A DNA stretch of 64,000 nt from Ignavibacteriota bacterium. Its GTDB lineage: Bacteria; Bacteroidota; Ignavibacteria; Palsa-1295. The stretch is from positions 25,321 through 89,320 of the forward strand of contig CAVZOL010000001.1 in the NCBI GenBank assembly GCA_963776895.1, in the 5' to 3' direction. The stretch's first letter is position 1; each line of letters begins with the position of its first letter. Positions 18,629 through 27,665 of this stretch are shown here, piece by piece. A program made the position numbers and the translations under genes. The notes under the pieces were generated by a model. That model was not told the origin of the DNA. It saw nothing but the letters and a program-made list of their open reading frames with translations, and searched no databases.

Positions 18629-19873
18629 TCATTGCACGCTTTCCAGCGATGCGTTGCCCCTCCTATACTCATTGACAAAGAGCAAAATAACGCCCGTTGT
18701 GGGAACTGCTACGAGCAGCCCGATAAATCCGAAGAAAAATCCGAAGACAAGCAGCGCAAGGATCATGAGGATCGGCGGAACGCCAATGCCCGGCCCGATA
18801 ATGCGTGGGGCGATAATATACGTTTCTAAGAAATGAAGCGCTCCGATCACAAGCAACCCACTGGCGATCACGGCGAAATTCAACTCCATCGTCAGAAAGA
18901 TCACTAATTCGACGACGAAGACGCTGAAAAGCATCCCGACAATAGGAACTAAGTCGGCAAAGACGAGTATCACGCCGATCAACCCCGCATACGGGATCCC
19001 GAGAATGGAAAATGCGATCGCGCCCAAAATACCGACCATAAGCGCGACGGTCGCCTGCCCGCGCAGATATCCATAGAGCACCCCGTCCACATCGCTGACT
19101 ATTTTCTTTCGGCGTGCGGGATTGTTCGAAGGAAAAAGTTCATTTACGATGGGCATCAGTCTCGGCCAGTCTTTCAGGAAATAGAACATGGCGATCGGCA
19201 CGATGACAAGATTCAAGGTACGCTCTAAAATGCGCGGGAGGCTGGAAATAATACTCATGACAATAGATGGAACCACAGCAACCATCCTGCTGATCTGCGG
19301 ACCGGCCTGATTTAAAATAAAACGATCGATCAGACCTTCCGGCAACCCCATGCCGAGCAGCAAACGCCGCAGATGCTGCTCGTCGAGCGTGTTGGCATTC
19401 TGCCGAATAAAGTGGGTCAGCCGTTCGATAAACTCTTTCGTTTGCTTACCGAGGCTGGGCAGAAATATCCAACCGACTGCAACTAACACCCCGCAAAAGA
19501 GAATGACGATCGCGAGCGAACTCCACGTCCGGCTAATGTTTCGTTTCTCGTCAAGCTGACACACAACAGGATTGAAAAGATAGGCCAGCACCGCACCAAG
19601 CACAAACGGGACAAGAATTCCCGTCAGCGTAAATAACAACCAAAAACCAAAAAGGACAAAGCCTACCGTCATGAGCTTCCGAGCCGCCTTATAATCCCTA
19701 AACGACGCAAGAATAATGTAAAACAAAAAAGCGATGACGAACGGGTTCAAGATGGAACGAACCGTCCATGCTAACGCGATGAGCGCGACGCTGCCAACGG
19801 CAAGAACTATCCCGTCGAAACGGCGAGCCATCGGCTGCTCAATTATCTGTTGCGCTTGCTCTGCTTCTTCCAT
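18629..19873 (-). CDS. AI-2E family transporter (PerM/UPF0118-like membrane protein)
   Basis: 414 aa with multiple TM segments and an overall AI-2E-like pattern (...LNPFVIAFLFYIIL..., ...GIPYAGLIGVILVFADLVPIVG...). Confidence 0.75.
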   Translation of the reverse strand: MEEAEQAQQIIEQPMARRFDGIVLAVGSVALIALAWTVRSILNPFVIAFLFYIILASFRDYKAARKLMTVGFVLFGFWLLFTLTGILVPFVLGAVLAYLFNPVVCQLDEKRNISRTWSSLAIVILFCGVLVAVGWIFLPSLGKQTKEFIERLTHFIRQNANTLDEQHLRRLLLGMGLPEGLIDRFILNQAGPQISRMVAVVPSIVMSIISSLPRILERTLNLVIVPIAMFYFLKDWPRLMPIVNELFPSNNPARRKKIVSDVDGVLYGYLRGQATVALMVGILGAIAFSILGIPYAGLIGVILVFADLVPIVGMLFSVFVVELVIFLTMELNFAVIASGLLVIGALHFLETYIIAPRIIGPGIGVPPILMILALLVFGFFFGFIGLLVAVPTTGVILLFVNEYRRGNASLESVQ

Positions 19874-20016
19874 TAAGATGGGAAAGGATTTTGGGAATTA
19901 TCATCCGCATGTGTCGAGGTATCCGGTCGTTTTATTTCATCTTTGGGTTTATGGCGCACGAGTCTATCGAATACAATAAAACCAAGAATCACCAGGATCA
20001 GATAAATCGTGTTCAT
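19873..20016 (-). CDS. Small membrane protein (47 aa) translationally coupled to the AI-2E gene
   Basis: MNTIYLILVILGFIVFDRLVRHKPKDEIKRPDTSTHADDNSQNPFPS. Its TAA overlaps the downstream ATG (TAATG). Below the track cutoff. Confidence 0.4.
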   Translation of the reverse strand: MNTIYLILVILGFIVFDRLVRHKPKDEIKRPDTSTHADDNSQNPFPS

Positions 20017-20021
20017 AGAAA

Positions 20022-20052
20022 CAAAAAACCCCCGCTAATTAATTGCGAGGGT
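20022..20052 (-). terminator. Intrinsic terminator after rlpA
   Basis: Minus-strand CCCUCGC-AAUUAAUUA-GCGGGGG followed by UUUUUUG, 29 nt downstream of the rlpA stop. Confidence 0.7.
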
Positions 20053-20080
20053 TCATAGTAACAATAGTTTCATGAGAAGT

Positions 20081-20908
20081 TCAGTGCCCGGCATTCTCTG
20101 CGCCGGTTGAAGAAAAGTCCATCGTGCGGCCATCAGATGGTAAGGGCTTTGCGTAGCTCAGAACCATGGGAGCAAGCCGATCCGTAGCCGGTGACTGCAT
20201 CACAAATGAAAGTTCTTGAGAAACAAGCGAGGGCGTAGCACCAATAACTTCAAGCTGAACCTTTGCTATTCCCGATTCCATCATTCCGAGTTCTTGGGCT
20301 GCTGCGTAGCTAAGATCGATGATACGGTGATGGGAAAATGGTCCCCGATCGGTGATCTCCACCACGCAGGATTTGCGATTCGCAAGATTGGTTACGCGTA
20401 CTTTTGTTCCGAACGGCAGGGTCCGGTGAGCGGCCATCATGGCATGGGTATCGAAAAGAACTCCGCTGGCGGTCTTTCGATTATGAAATTCGTTTCCGTA
20501 CCACGATGCAACCCCACGCATTGAGGAGTTGCTCTTGCCCTTTGCCAATCGGCTTCGATAGTGATGTTTCGAAGAATGTCTGTGATGAACAGCCTTGATC
20601 TGCGATCCGGCTCGTTTGGCATGTGGCAGAATACTATTGCTCCCCCGATGAGGCGTGACTTTTTTTGCAAATGCCGTTGTGACATTAGCCCCTAATGAAA
20701 TGAGACCCGAAATGCCGAAAAAGATCGTTGCCAGCCCCACACGCAACACTGAGCGAATGCGCTGCCGCAATCGCTCCTCCGCTGTAATAATGATGCGAAC
20801 CGTGCTTACCGCATGATCGCTCATACGCGCTGCATGGTCGCTCATTCGGGTGGCAGCATCCATCATTTTGAATGGGGCAACGATGGGTATGTCTTTTCGA
20901 ATTAGCAT
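20081..20908 (-). CDS. rlpA: Septal-ring lytic transglycosylase RlpA-family protein (DPBB domain)
   Basis: GVASWYGNEFHNRKTASGVLFD...FGTKVRVTNLANRKSCVVEITDRGPF. N-terminal TM segment. Confidence 0.85.
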   Translation of the reverse strand: MLIRKDIPIVAPFKMMDAATRMSDHAARMSDHAVSTVRIIITAEERLRQRIRSVLRVGLATIFFGISGLISLGANVTTAFAKKVTPHRGSNSILPHAKRAGSQIKAVHHRHSSKHHYRSRLAKGKSNSSMRGVASWYGNEFHNRKTASGVLFDTHAMMAAHRTLPFGTKVRVTNLANRKSCVVEITDRGPFSHHRIIDLSYAAAQELGMMESGIAKVQLEVIGATPSLVSQELSFVMQSPATDRLAPMVLSYAKPLPSDGRTMDFSSTGAENAGH

Positions 20909-21051
20909 TCGATAGTAATACGATTATGAACGCTTAAAGGTTCAGGGTAATACTTTTCTGCATGAATAGCTCGTTGTCATCAATGACAGGGCGACCGCTG
21001 TTATTTGCAATCCCGGAAGCCAAACAGCAATTTCAATGGTTAATCCCGGCC

Positions 21052-21911
21052 ATGAACGAATCCATCAATTTTTTCGACGCTCATTGCCATTTGCAGGATA
21101 CAGCCTTCGATGAGGATCGCGAGGCAATGTTTGCCGAATCTCGCATGGCGGGCGTTTCCCATTTCCTCGTTCCGGCAACGGATTCCGCAAGTTTTGCCAA
21201 AACGATCGACTTCTCCAATACTCACGAAAATGTGTTTTGCGCACTGGGAATCCATCCGCATTCTGCTAACGAGTGGAACAATGAGATACGCGAACAGATC
21301 CGAGCCAGCGTTCGGGATAACGATAAGATCGTCGCTATTGGGGAGATCGGGCTGGATTATCATTATGATTTCTCACCTCGCAACGTTCAACAAAAGGCAT
21401 TTTCGGAGCAAATTGCATTGGCTATCGAGCTTAAAAAACCCATTGTTATTCATACTCGTGAATCGGAAGAGGATGTATTTCGGATCGTTGAAGAGCAGTA
21501 TGCTTCTATTCCGATGGAAATTCCTCGAGGACAATTCCACTGCTTTTCCGCTGGCGTTGAATGGATGAAACGAGCTATTTCGCTCGGATTTTATGTGAGC
21601 TTTACCGGCAATATTACGTTTAAGAATAGCAATTTGGCAGAAGTTGTTCGGGAAACCCCACTCGACCGGCTTCTCATTGAGACAGATTCCCCTATTTGGC
21701 GCCATCGCCAAATCGCGGCAAACGAAACTCACCGGCGATGCTTCCGTTCATTGCACAGAAGGCCGCCGAGCTTCGACAACAGGATATTTCAATCATAATG
21801 CAGCAAACGTTCAGGAACGCTATCTCTCTTTTTTCGCCTCCCGACAAAATCCATTCAAAACACTTTTGGATCATTACTGCTTGTACTCGGATTGCTTATG
21901 GGCGCTGCTAA
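21052..21911 (+). pseudogene. tatD: TatD-family metal-dependent hydrolase, frame shifted at a C4 run near 21688-21691
   Basis: FFDAHCHLQD, GEIGLDYHYD, IHTRESE and LLIETDSP are followed by a frame break. The expected continuation YLAPSPNRGKRNSPAMLPFIAQKAAEL is in the next frame (track ORF 21696..21911). Confidence 0.85.
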
Positions 21912-22929
21912 TGTATATGCCCAACAACCCACGCAGCCTGCCGGACAGCCGGCTGGACAGCCCGCCGGTATAGCACCACCGGACTCCATCCTTACGGGCG
22001 AGCGACGTAAAGCGGAAGAACTGCGCAACAAGCAGGCGGCCGAACTTGCCCGTGAAGCCGAACAACACCGGCAAGATAGCCTCAAAGCTGCACAGCAGGA
22101 TCAACTCAATGCACAAGCCAAAGCCCGCGAGCAGGTACGCGAAGACTCTATTCGAGTTGCCCAGGAAACGGCCGAAGAGGAACGTCACGCAGCGTTCCTT
22201 CTTACCCCGGAACCCTGGCGCGCGATCGGATTAGGAGTAAATGCCGGCGTTGCAAGCATACCAGGCACAGCGGTCAATAGCGGCATATTGTCTCCTACAT
22301 CTGTATTTGCGGATGGTTTTCAGATCAGGTCGGAAATAACTCGCAGACTCAATATTGCCGCTTCGTTTACCCATTCCGAGTTCAGCCAGAGTTACCCATC
22401 AAACTATATTTATAACTATACCGACACCGCAGCCGGCGGTGGCCCTCCCACACCACCCAATCACCCCTATTCGCCCGGCCAGGATTATCAGCCGAATACA
22501 ACGAGAATGATACAGAGCGAAAGCTTCGGCATTTCCGTGATCGGTATCGACGTCGATTATACTATTACCAGACCGGCATCTATCATTAAATTCTATTTTG
22601 GGCTGGGATATCAACATTATATGATGGCGAGCGTTCAGAACTATCTTTTGATGAAGGATTCCCTGAATCCTTATCCAGGAATTGATACCTATGAACAGGA
22701 TTGGAGCCGCAATGGGATCGACATTGTGTTTGGAGCAAAGGGCGAGATCGAGCTTGGTAATGGACTGACCTTGGAACCTTATGCGGAAGTTACAGCCACG
22801 GGATTGTTCAACGGGCCGACACAGTTCGATTCATTTATCTTTCAACCGCTCAAGACCACTCTCATCACCGATAATGTCCGGGCGGGCTTCACGGTTTATT
22901 TCGGCTGGTGGGGCGTTCCTCGCCAATAA
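21892..22929 (+). CDS. Hypothetical secreted/outer-membrane protein with (QPAG)3 repeat and coiled-coil-like segment
   Basis: 345 aa. The in-frame upstream residues ...SLLLVLGLLMGAANVYAQQ resemble a signal peptide, but I see no clear start codon for it. The C-terminal half is beta-rich. Confidence 0.5.
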   Translation: MLMGAANVYAQQPTQPAGQPAGQPAGIAPPDSILTGERRKAEELRNKQAAELAREAEQHRQDSLKAAQQDQLNAQAKAREQVREDSIRVAQETAEEERHAAFLLTPEPWRAIGLGVNAGVASIPGTAVNSGILSPTSVFADGFQIRSEITRRLNIAASFTHSEFSQSYPSNYIYNYTDTAAGGGPPTPPNHPYSPGQDYQPNTTRMIQSESFGISVIGIDVDYTITRPASIIKFYFGLGYQHYMMASVQNYLLMKDSLNPYPGIDTYEQDWSRNGIDIVFGAKGEIELGNGLTLEPYAEVTATGLFNGPTQFDSFIFQPLKTTLITDNVRAGFTVYFGWWGVPRQ

Positions 22930-23015
22930 CGAGTTGTAACCTTCCAACAGCGATTCCTTTTTGTTCCCTTTAGCGAAACCTTGCTGGGTTTACCGCACGT
23001 TGCAATATAAGCACT

Positions 23016-25354
23016 ATGGACGCAGCAACCCACGAAGGCGCTATTGCCGCCTCAACAGCATCGCAAACCAACGGCCGCATCTCTGCCGATGGCCGGGACG
23101 TGCGCGGCCAGCGTGCCAGTGATGGTCGTACACCCGCCCGATTAGCGCTCCGATGGTCCGGTGCAACGAACGATGAACTCTATGCCGACAAGCTGAACGA
23201 ACTGCTGGCAGCCTGCCGAAAAAATCTTCACTTTCTCGACGAAGAACTGGTCATTCGTGCCTTCCGGCTTTGTTACGAAGCACATAAGAACGATCGCCGC
23301 GCTTCAGGTGAGCCGTACTTTATTCATCCGTTCGAAGTCTCGATGATCGTCGCGCAGGAAATTCCGCTCAATGATATTTCCATCGTTGCCGCTTTGCTGC
23401 ACGATGTCGTGGAAGATACTGCGTATCAGATCGAGGAAATACGCGAAGAGTTTGGCGCGGAAATAGCAGACATCGTCGATGGCGCTACCAAGATCACAGA
23501 CATTTTCAAATCCCGCGAGATCACGCAGGCCGAAAGTTACCGCAAGCTGTTGCTCTCCATGATCGGCGATGTCCGTGTGATGCTCGTGAAATTCGCCGAT
23601 CGCCTGCATAACATGCGGACGATCGAATATCTTGCCGCCCAAACGGCAGTTCCGCATGGCGAAGGAAACGCTGGATATTTATGCGCCCTTCGCGAACCGT
23701 TTTGGACTTGGAAAAGTAAAGTGGGAACTGGAAGATCTCGCATTCAAAGTCCTGAATCGTGAAGCCTATACGGATATTAAGCGTGCGCTTGCCGAAAAAC
23801 GGATCGAGCGCGAAACGTATATCGCCGGTTTCATCGAGCCGATCGTCGAAGCCCTGAAAGAGCAACATTTAAAATTTGAGATCGTGGGACGGCCAAAACA
23901 TATTTTCTCGATCTACAACAAAATGATGCGCCTCGGTAAAGGGCTGGACGAGGTCTATGATCTCTTCGCCGTTCGCATTTTGCTCGATACGCCCAACGAT
24001 AACGATTGCTTCGCCGTTTTCGGACTCGTCTCTTCTATTTATACCCCGGTTCCCGAACGATTTAAGAACTATATTTCGCTTCCAAAGAAGAATGGCTATC
24101 AATCGTTGCACACGACGGTTATTGGTCCGGATGGAAGAATGGTGGAAGTGCAAATTCGCAGCGCGCGCCATGCATGAGATCGCGGAAAAAGGCGTTGCAG
24201 CACATTGGAAATACAAAGAGCATATTTCTGCGACCGATCCTGATCTTGAAGAATGGGTTACCTGGGTACGCGATGTCTTTGAGCAACATGGCGAGGATGC
24301 ACCGAGCGCGCTCCTCGAAAGCTTCAAGCTCAATCTCTATCAGGATGAGATCTATGTGTTTACTCCTAAAGGGGAGTTACGCATCCTGCCGAAAGGCGCA
24401 ACCGCAGTCGATTTTGCCTTTGAAATTCATTCCCAAGTCGGCCTGCGTACTATTGGCGCAAAAGTGAATGGACGCATCGTGCCCTTGCATCAAAAACTGG
24501 CGAGCGGCGATCAGGTGGAGATCATCACTTCGAAGAACCAATCCCCGAATGCAGACTGGGAAAAATTTGTAGCGACACACAAAGCGCGCCAATATATTCG
24601 AAAATTCTTAAATGAAGAACAACGCGCTCGCGTTGCGCAAGGGCGCGAAATGTGGCAAAAGCGCCTTACGAAAGCAAAGCTGCATGTCAATGAAGACACG
24701 CTGATCCGCTTTGCCGCTACCACTCCTTTCGGAACCGTTGGTAAATTCTACGCTGCCATTGCGGCAGCCGACATTGACATTGAAGAATACTTCAAGCGTC
24801 TGCGCGACTGGCTGCGCCCGGGTAATCGACCGGTTCCCACTGCGGAAACGGAAGCAGAAGAACCGACGACTGTCAACTACCTCGACACATCTCGCGCCAC
24901 AACGGGCATTCTCATTCAAGGTCGGCGCGATAATTTTCTGTATAGCTATGCAAAATGTTGCAATCCTGTACCGGGCGATGATGTCGTTGGCGTCGTTACG
25001 ATCGGCCAGGGCATCAAGATCCATCGGGCAAGTTGTAAAAATATTCAGAAGCTGCAGGCAGATTCCGAGAAACGCCTCATCGACGTATCGTGGCCCAGCA
25101 CCGACGAAGGCGCCGATTATCTCGTCGGAATTCGCATCTTTGGCGAAGACCGGCCCGGAATGTTAAGCGATCTCACGCATACTATTTCGACATACAATAA
25201 TACCAATATCCGCTCCGTTAATATCGACTCGCGTGATGCCATGTTCGATGGCAAAGTAACCGTCTTTGTAAAAAATACCTATCATCTCGCCCGGTTGATG
25301 GAAAAATTGAAAAAAGTACGCGGCGTAACCAGCGTAGAACGATTTGAAGAATAA
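23016..25354 (+). pseudogene. relA: Bifunctional (p)ppGpp synthetase/hydrolase RelA/SpoT homologue, split by two 1-nt shifts (~23631-23637, ~24165-24170)
   Basis: HD domain (HPFEVSMIVA, LLHDVVEDT); synthetase (GRPKHIFSIYNKM, YQSLHTTV, EVQIR); then MHEIAEKGVAAHWKYKE, TGS and ACT-like regions. Three overlapping track ORFs cover one ~779-codon gene. Confidence 0.88.
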
Positions 25355-25778
25355 CGGCCGCATCCTCGCCATCGACTACGGCACCAAACGCCTCGGCATC
25401 GCCATATCGGATGAGATGCAAATGCTTGCCTCTTCGCGCGGAGTCATTGCGAATGGGCCAACGATGATCCCCGAAATTCTAACGCTCGTTCGTTCCGAGC
25501 ATGTCCACACAGTCATCCTCGGAGTTCCACGAACGCTTCGCAACACGGAAAGTGAAATGACGGCCGAAGTTCTCCGTTTCCGCGATAAGCTTGCAAAATC
25601 CCTTGAACCGCTCGGAGTGCTGCTTGAAACACGCGACGAGCGGCTCACCTCGCTCATTGCCGAAACCAACATTCGATCCCGCGAACTGCCCAAGTACAAG
25701 CGTGAGAAAAAATCCCTGCGCGATGAAGAAGCCGCAAGGATTTTATTGCAGGAGTACTTGGATGCGAAGGTAAAATAA
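25344..25778 (+). CDS. ruvX: Putative pre-16S rRNA nuclease / Holliday-junction-resolvase-like YqgF
   Basis: ILAIDYGTKRLGIAISD... 144 aa, a typical YqgF size and N-terminal motif. Confidence 0.85.
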   Translation: MKNNGRILAIDYGTKRLGIAISDEMQMLASSRGVIANGPTMIPEILTLVRSEHVHTVILGVPRTLRNTESEMTAEVLRFRDKLAKSLEPLGVLLETRDERLTSLIAETNIRSRELPKYKREKKSLRDEEAARILLQEYLDAKVK

Positions 25779-25781
25779 AAT

Positions 25782-25806
25782 AAAAACCCGCCGATGGGCG
25801 GGTTTC
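25782..25806. terminator. Bidirectional intrinsic terminator between convergent ruvX and the tail-fibre-like cluster
   Basis: AAAAACCCGCC-GATG-GGCGGGTTT: a 7-9-bp stem with A-tract and T-tract on either side. Confidence 0.75.
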
Positions 25807-25831
25807 GAGGTATTAAAACTAAGATGAGATA

Positions 25832-27655
25832 CTACTCTTGCTCTGATCCCGCGAGAGGCATGGCCTGCCTCAATTCCATTGCACAATCGTGAGCTGCCGT
25901 GCGTGTTTGAGGATCCGGATGTAAAAGATACTCCTTCACTTCCTTTCTTAGATCATCTGCTGAGCCGGCAGATGTGGCTATTGCTCCTATTTTTGTTTTC
26001 ATGATCCGAACCAGACCATCGAACGACTTGAGATGTCGGATATTTTTATCAAGCTCCCCAGCCGCAGACGAAGAACCAGCGACAGGCCTCATATCTTCAG
26101 GAACTATTGAAATCGCATCCTTTGGACCCATTCCCGATTGTGATGCCAGAATCGCATCCGAACTTTCCGTCTCATTCCTCAATTGGCTTTCCGATACTAC
26201 TTCACGCAGCAATTCGGATCGTTGTTGCGGATCGGTCTGCAGCATGGCTTCTGCTAACGTGTTCAGTCTTACATTCCTCGAAGCTACTTCTGCTTTCTGC
26301 GCAGCAACTTCCGCGTGCAGCGAATCGAGTTCCGCCTGTTCCTTGCTTGCAATTTCACTGATATCGTTCGCACTTAATCCGATCGCTACATTGATAAGGC
26401 TAACTCCCTGACCCTCGGAAGCGGACCACGCTCTGCCCAGAACCGTTGTAAATTGTTTCGGGGTAATACTGCCAGGTGCAAGGGCCATGCCCACACCATC
26501 GTTCCGTCCGGAAGGGACAATAAAATCACCCTTATGTACGATGCCCCGCACCTTCACGGGTACCTGGCCAAGGAATGCGACTTTGCTATACTCGGACTCT
26601 TCGCCTTTCGCAGGAACGTTTCCCAACACGATCGGCGCCAAAGAAATAGCAAACACACTTTGGGCACCGGTAGTCGTCTTTGCAATTAGTCCATCGGTCA
26701 TTCCTACAATATCACCGGGATACAAATGTTCGTCCGCATCGGCGTGTTTCAGGTATTCTGCATAATCTCCGGCCGACGAAGTGTAGGCAACTCCTAAGCT
26801 GGAGGTTTTCGAAGCGATTTCAGCGGCCCAATTCGCGAGATCGTCAGCATCGGCAATAGCCTTCGCGGCATTCCCAGCAGAAACAGCTGGATCGTCACTT
26901 GCCGCGGCCTCTTCGACATCTTCGGCGGTTTCTTTCAGCCCGATAACGAGTTCTGTAGCCTCGCTCAGAACATAGAACGGATCATTTCCCAGATCCGTCA
27001 TATCTTGTCCTTGAATCGAACCGCGAGGGTTGCCAGCTCCATCGATAAAATCAATAAAGTGCGTACCGCTGTTAAGCCCACCCCCCGAAGCAGAGCAGTT
27101 TACAGTAAGCCCGGGGGTTCCTGCGGCCGGAGGAGCATCGATCACGAGCGGTTCCGACGATGTAACCGTACCACTGGCATCGCTTATGTGGGAATCGCCG
27201 ATGGCCGTGTCACCCACTTTCCATAGGGGAATCGTATTCAGCGTTCCGGTGCCATTGACCAGCCCAAGCTGGCCCGAGGCGGCATAATCCCAGGCTCCCG
27301 ATGGGCCTCCGGTATTGCCATCTGCTGTGATGCTGTTCTGGTTCGGCGGGATCCAATACAAGAGCTGAGGAACAACAGAACCACCCGATGGCCCCGAATA
27401 AACAAACCCCGCCTGGGCGTTACTCAATGGAGGCAGTGAGGGGATCAAGGTGAGGGGCAGAAACGGTGGAGTCGTGGTAGCCCATTGATTCCATTCCAAA
27501 GACCCGGAAATGGGGGTACGGTAGATCATCGTATGACCATGGGAATCATCAAGAATGAGCGCACCGGCACCGATTGCGCGTACTTGGCTCTTTGCCGAAC
27601 CAATCCAGGCAGTATAAACCACCAATGAGAAAAATGCAAGTAGAATGCGTTTCAT
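25832..27655 (-). CDS. Secreted tail-fibre/appendage-like protein, paralogue 1
   Basis: Likely start MKRILLAFFSLVVYTAWIGSAKSQ (signal peptide). The N-terminal domain is shared with 27666..29504 and 31158..33311. The block YTSSAGDYAEYL..PGDIVG..FLGQVPVKVRGIVHKGDFIV resembles phage appendage C-terminal autoproteolytic (peptidase G2-like) domains. A coiled coil and a ~110-aa C-terminal module follow. Confidence 0.7.
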   Translation of the reverse strand: MKRILLAFFSLVVYTAWIGSAKSQVRAIGAGALILDDSHGHTMIYRTPISGSLEWNQWATTTPPFLPLTLIPSLPPLSNAQAGFVYSGPSGGSVVPQLLYWIPPNQNSITADGNTGGPSGAWDYAASGQLGLVNGTGTLNTIPLWKVGDTAIGDSHISDASGTVTSSEPLVIDAPPAAGTPGLTVNCSASGGGLNSGTHFIDFIDGAGNPRGSIQGQDMTDLGNDPFYVLSEATELVIGLKETAEDVEEAAASDDPAVSAGNAAKAIADADDLANWAAEIASKTSSLGVAYTSSAGDYAEYLKHADADEHLYPGDIVGMTDGLIAKTTTGAQSVFAISLAPIVLGNVPAKGEESEYSKVAFLGQVPVKVRGIVHKGDFIVPSGRNDGVGMALAPGSITPKQFTTVLGRAWSASEGQGVSLINVAIGLSANDISEIASKEQAELDSLHAEVAAQKAEVASRNVRLNTLAEAMLQTDPQQRSELLREVVSESQLRNETESSDAILASQSGMGPKDAISIVPEDMRPVAGSSSAAGELDKNIRHLKSFDGLVRIMKTKIGAIATSAGSADDLRKEVKEYLLHPDPQTRTAAHDCAMELRQAMPLAGSEQE

Positions 27656-27665
27656 AAAAGTACTT

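Noticed and set aside
20810-20855. 21-nt in-frame duplication in rlpA (AARMSDHA x2)
   Set aside because: It is a simple in-frame tandem duplication in the non-conserved N-terminal region, with no evident functional implication.
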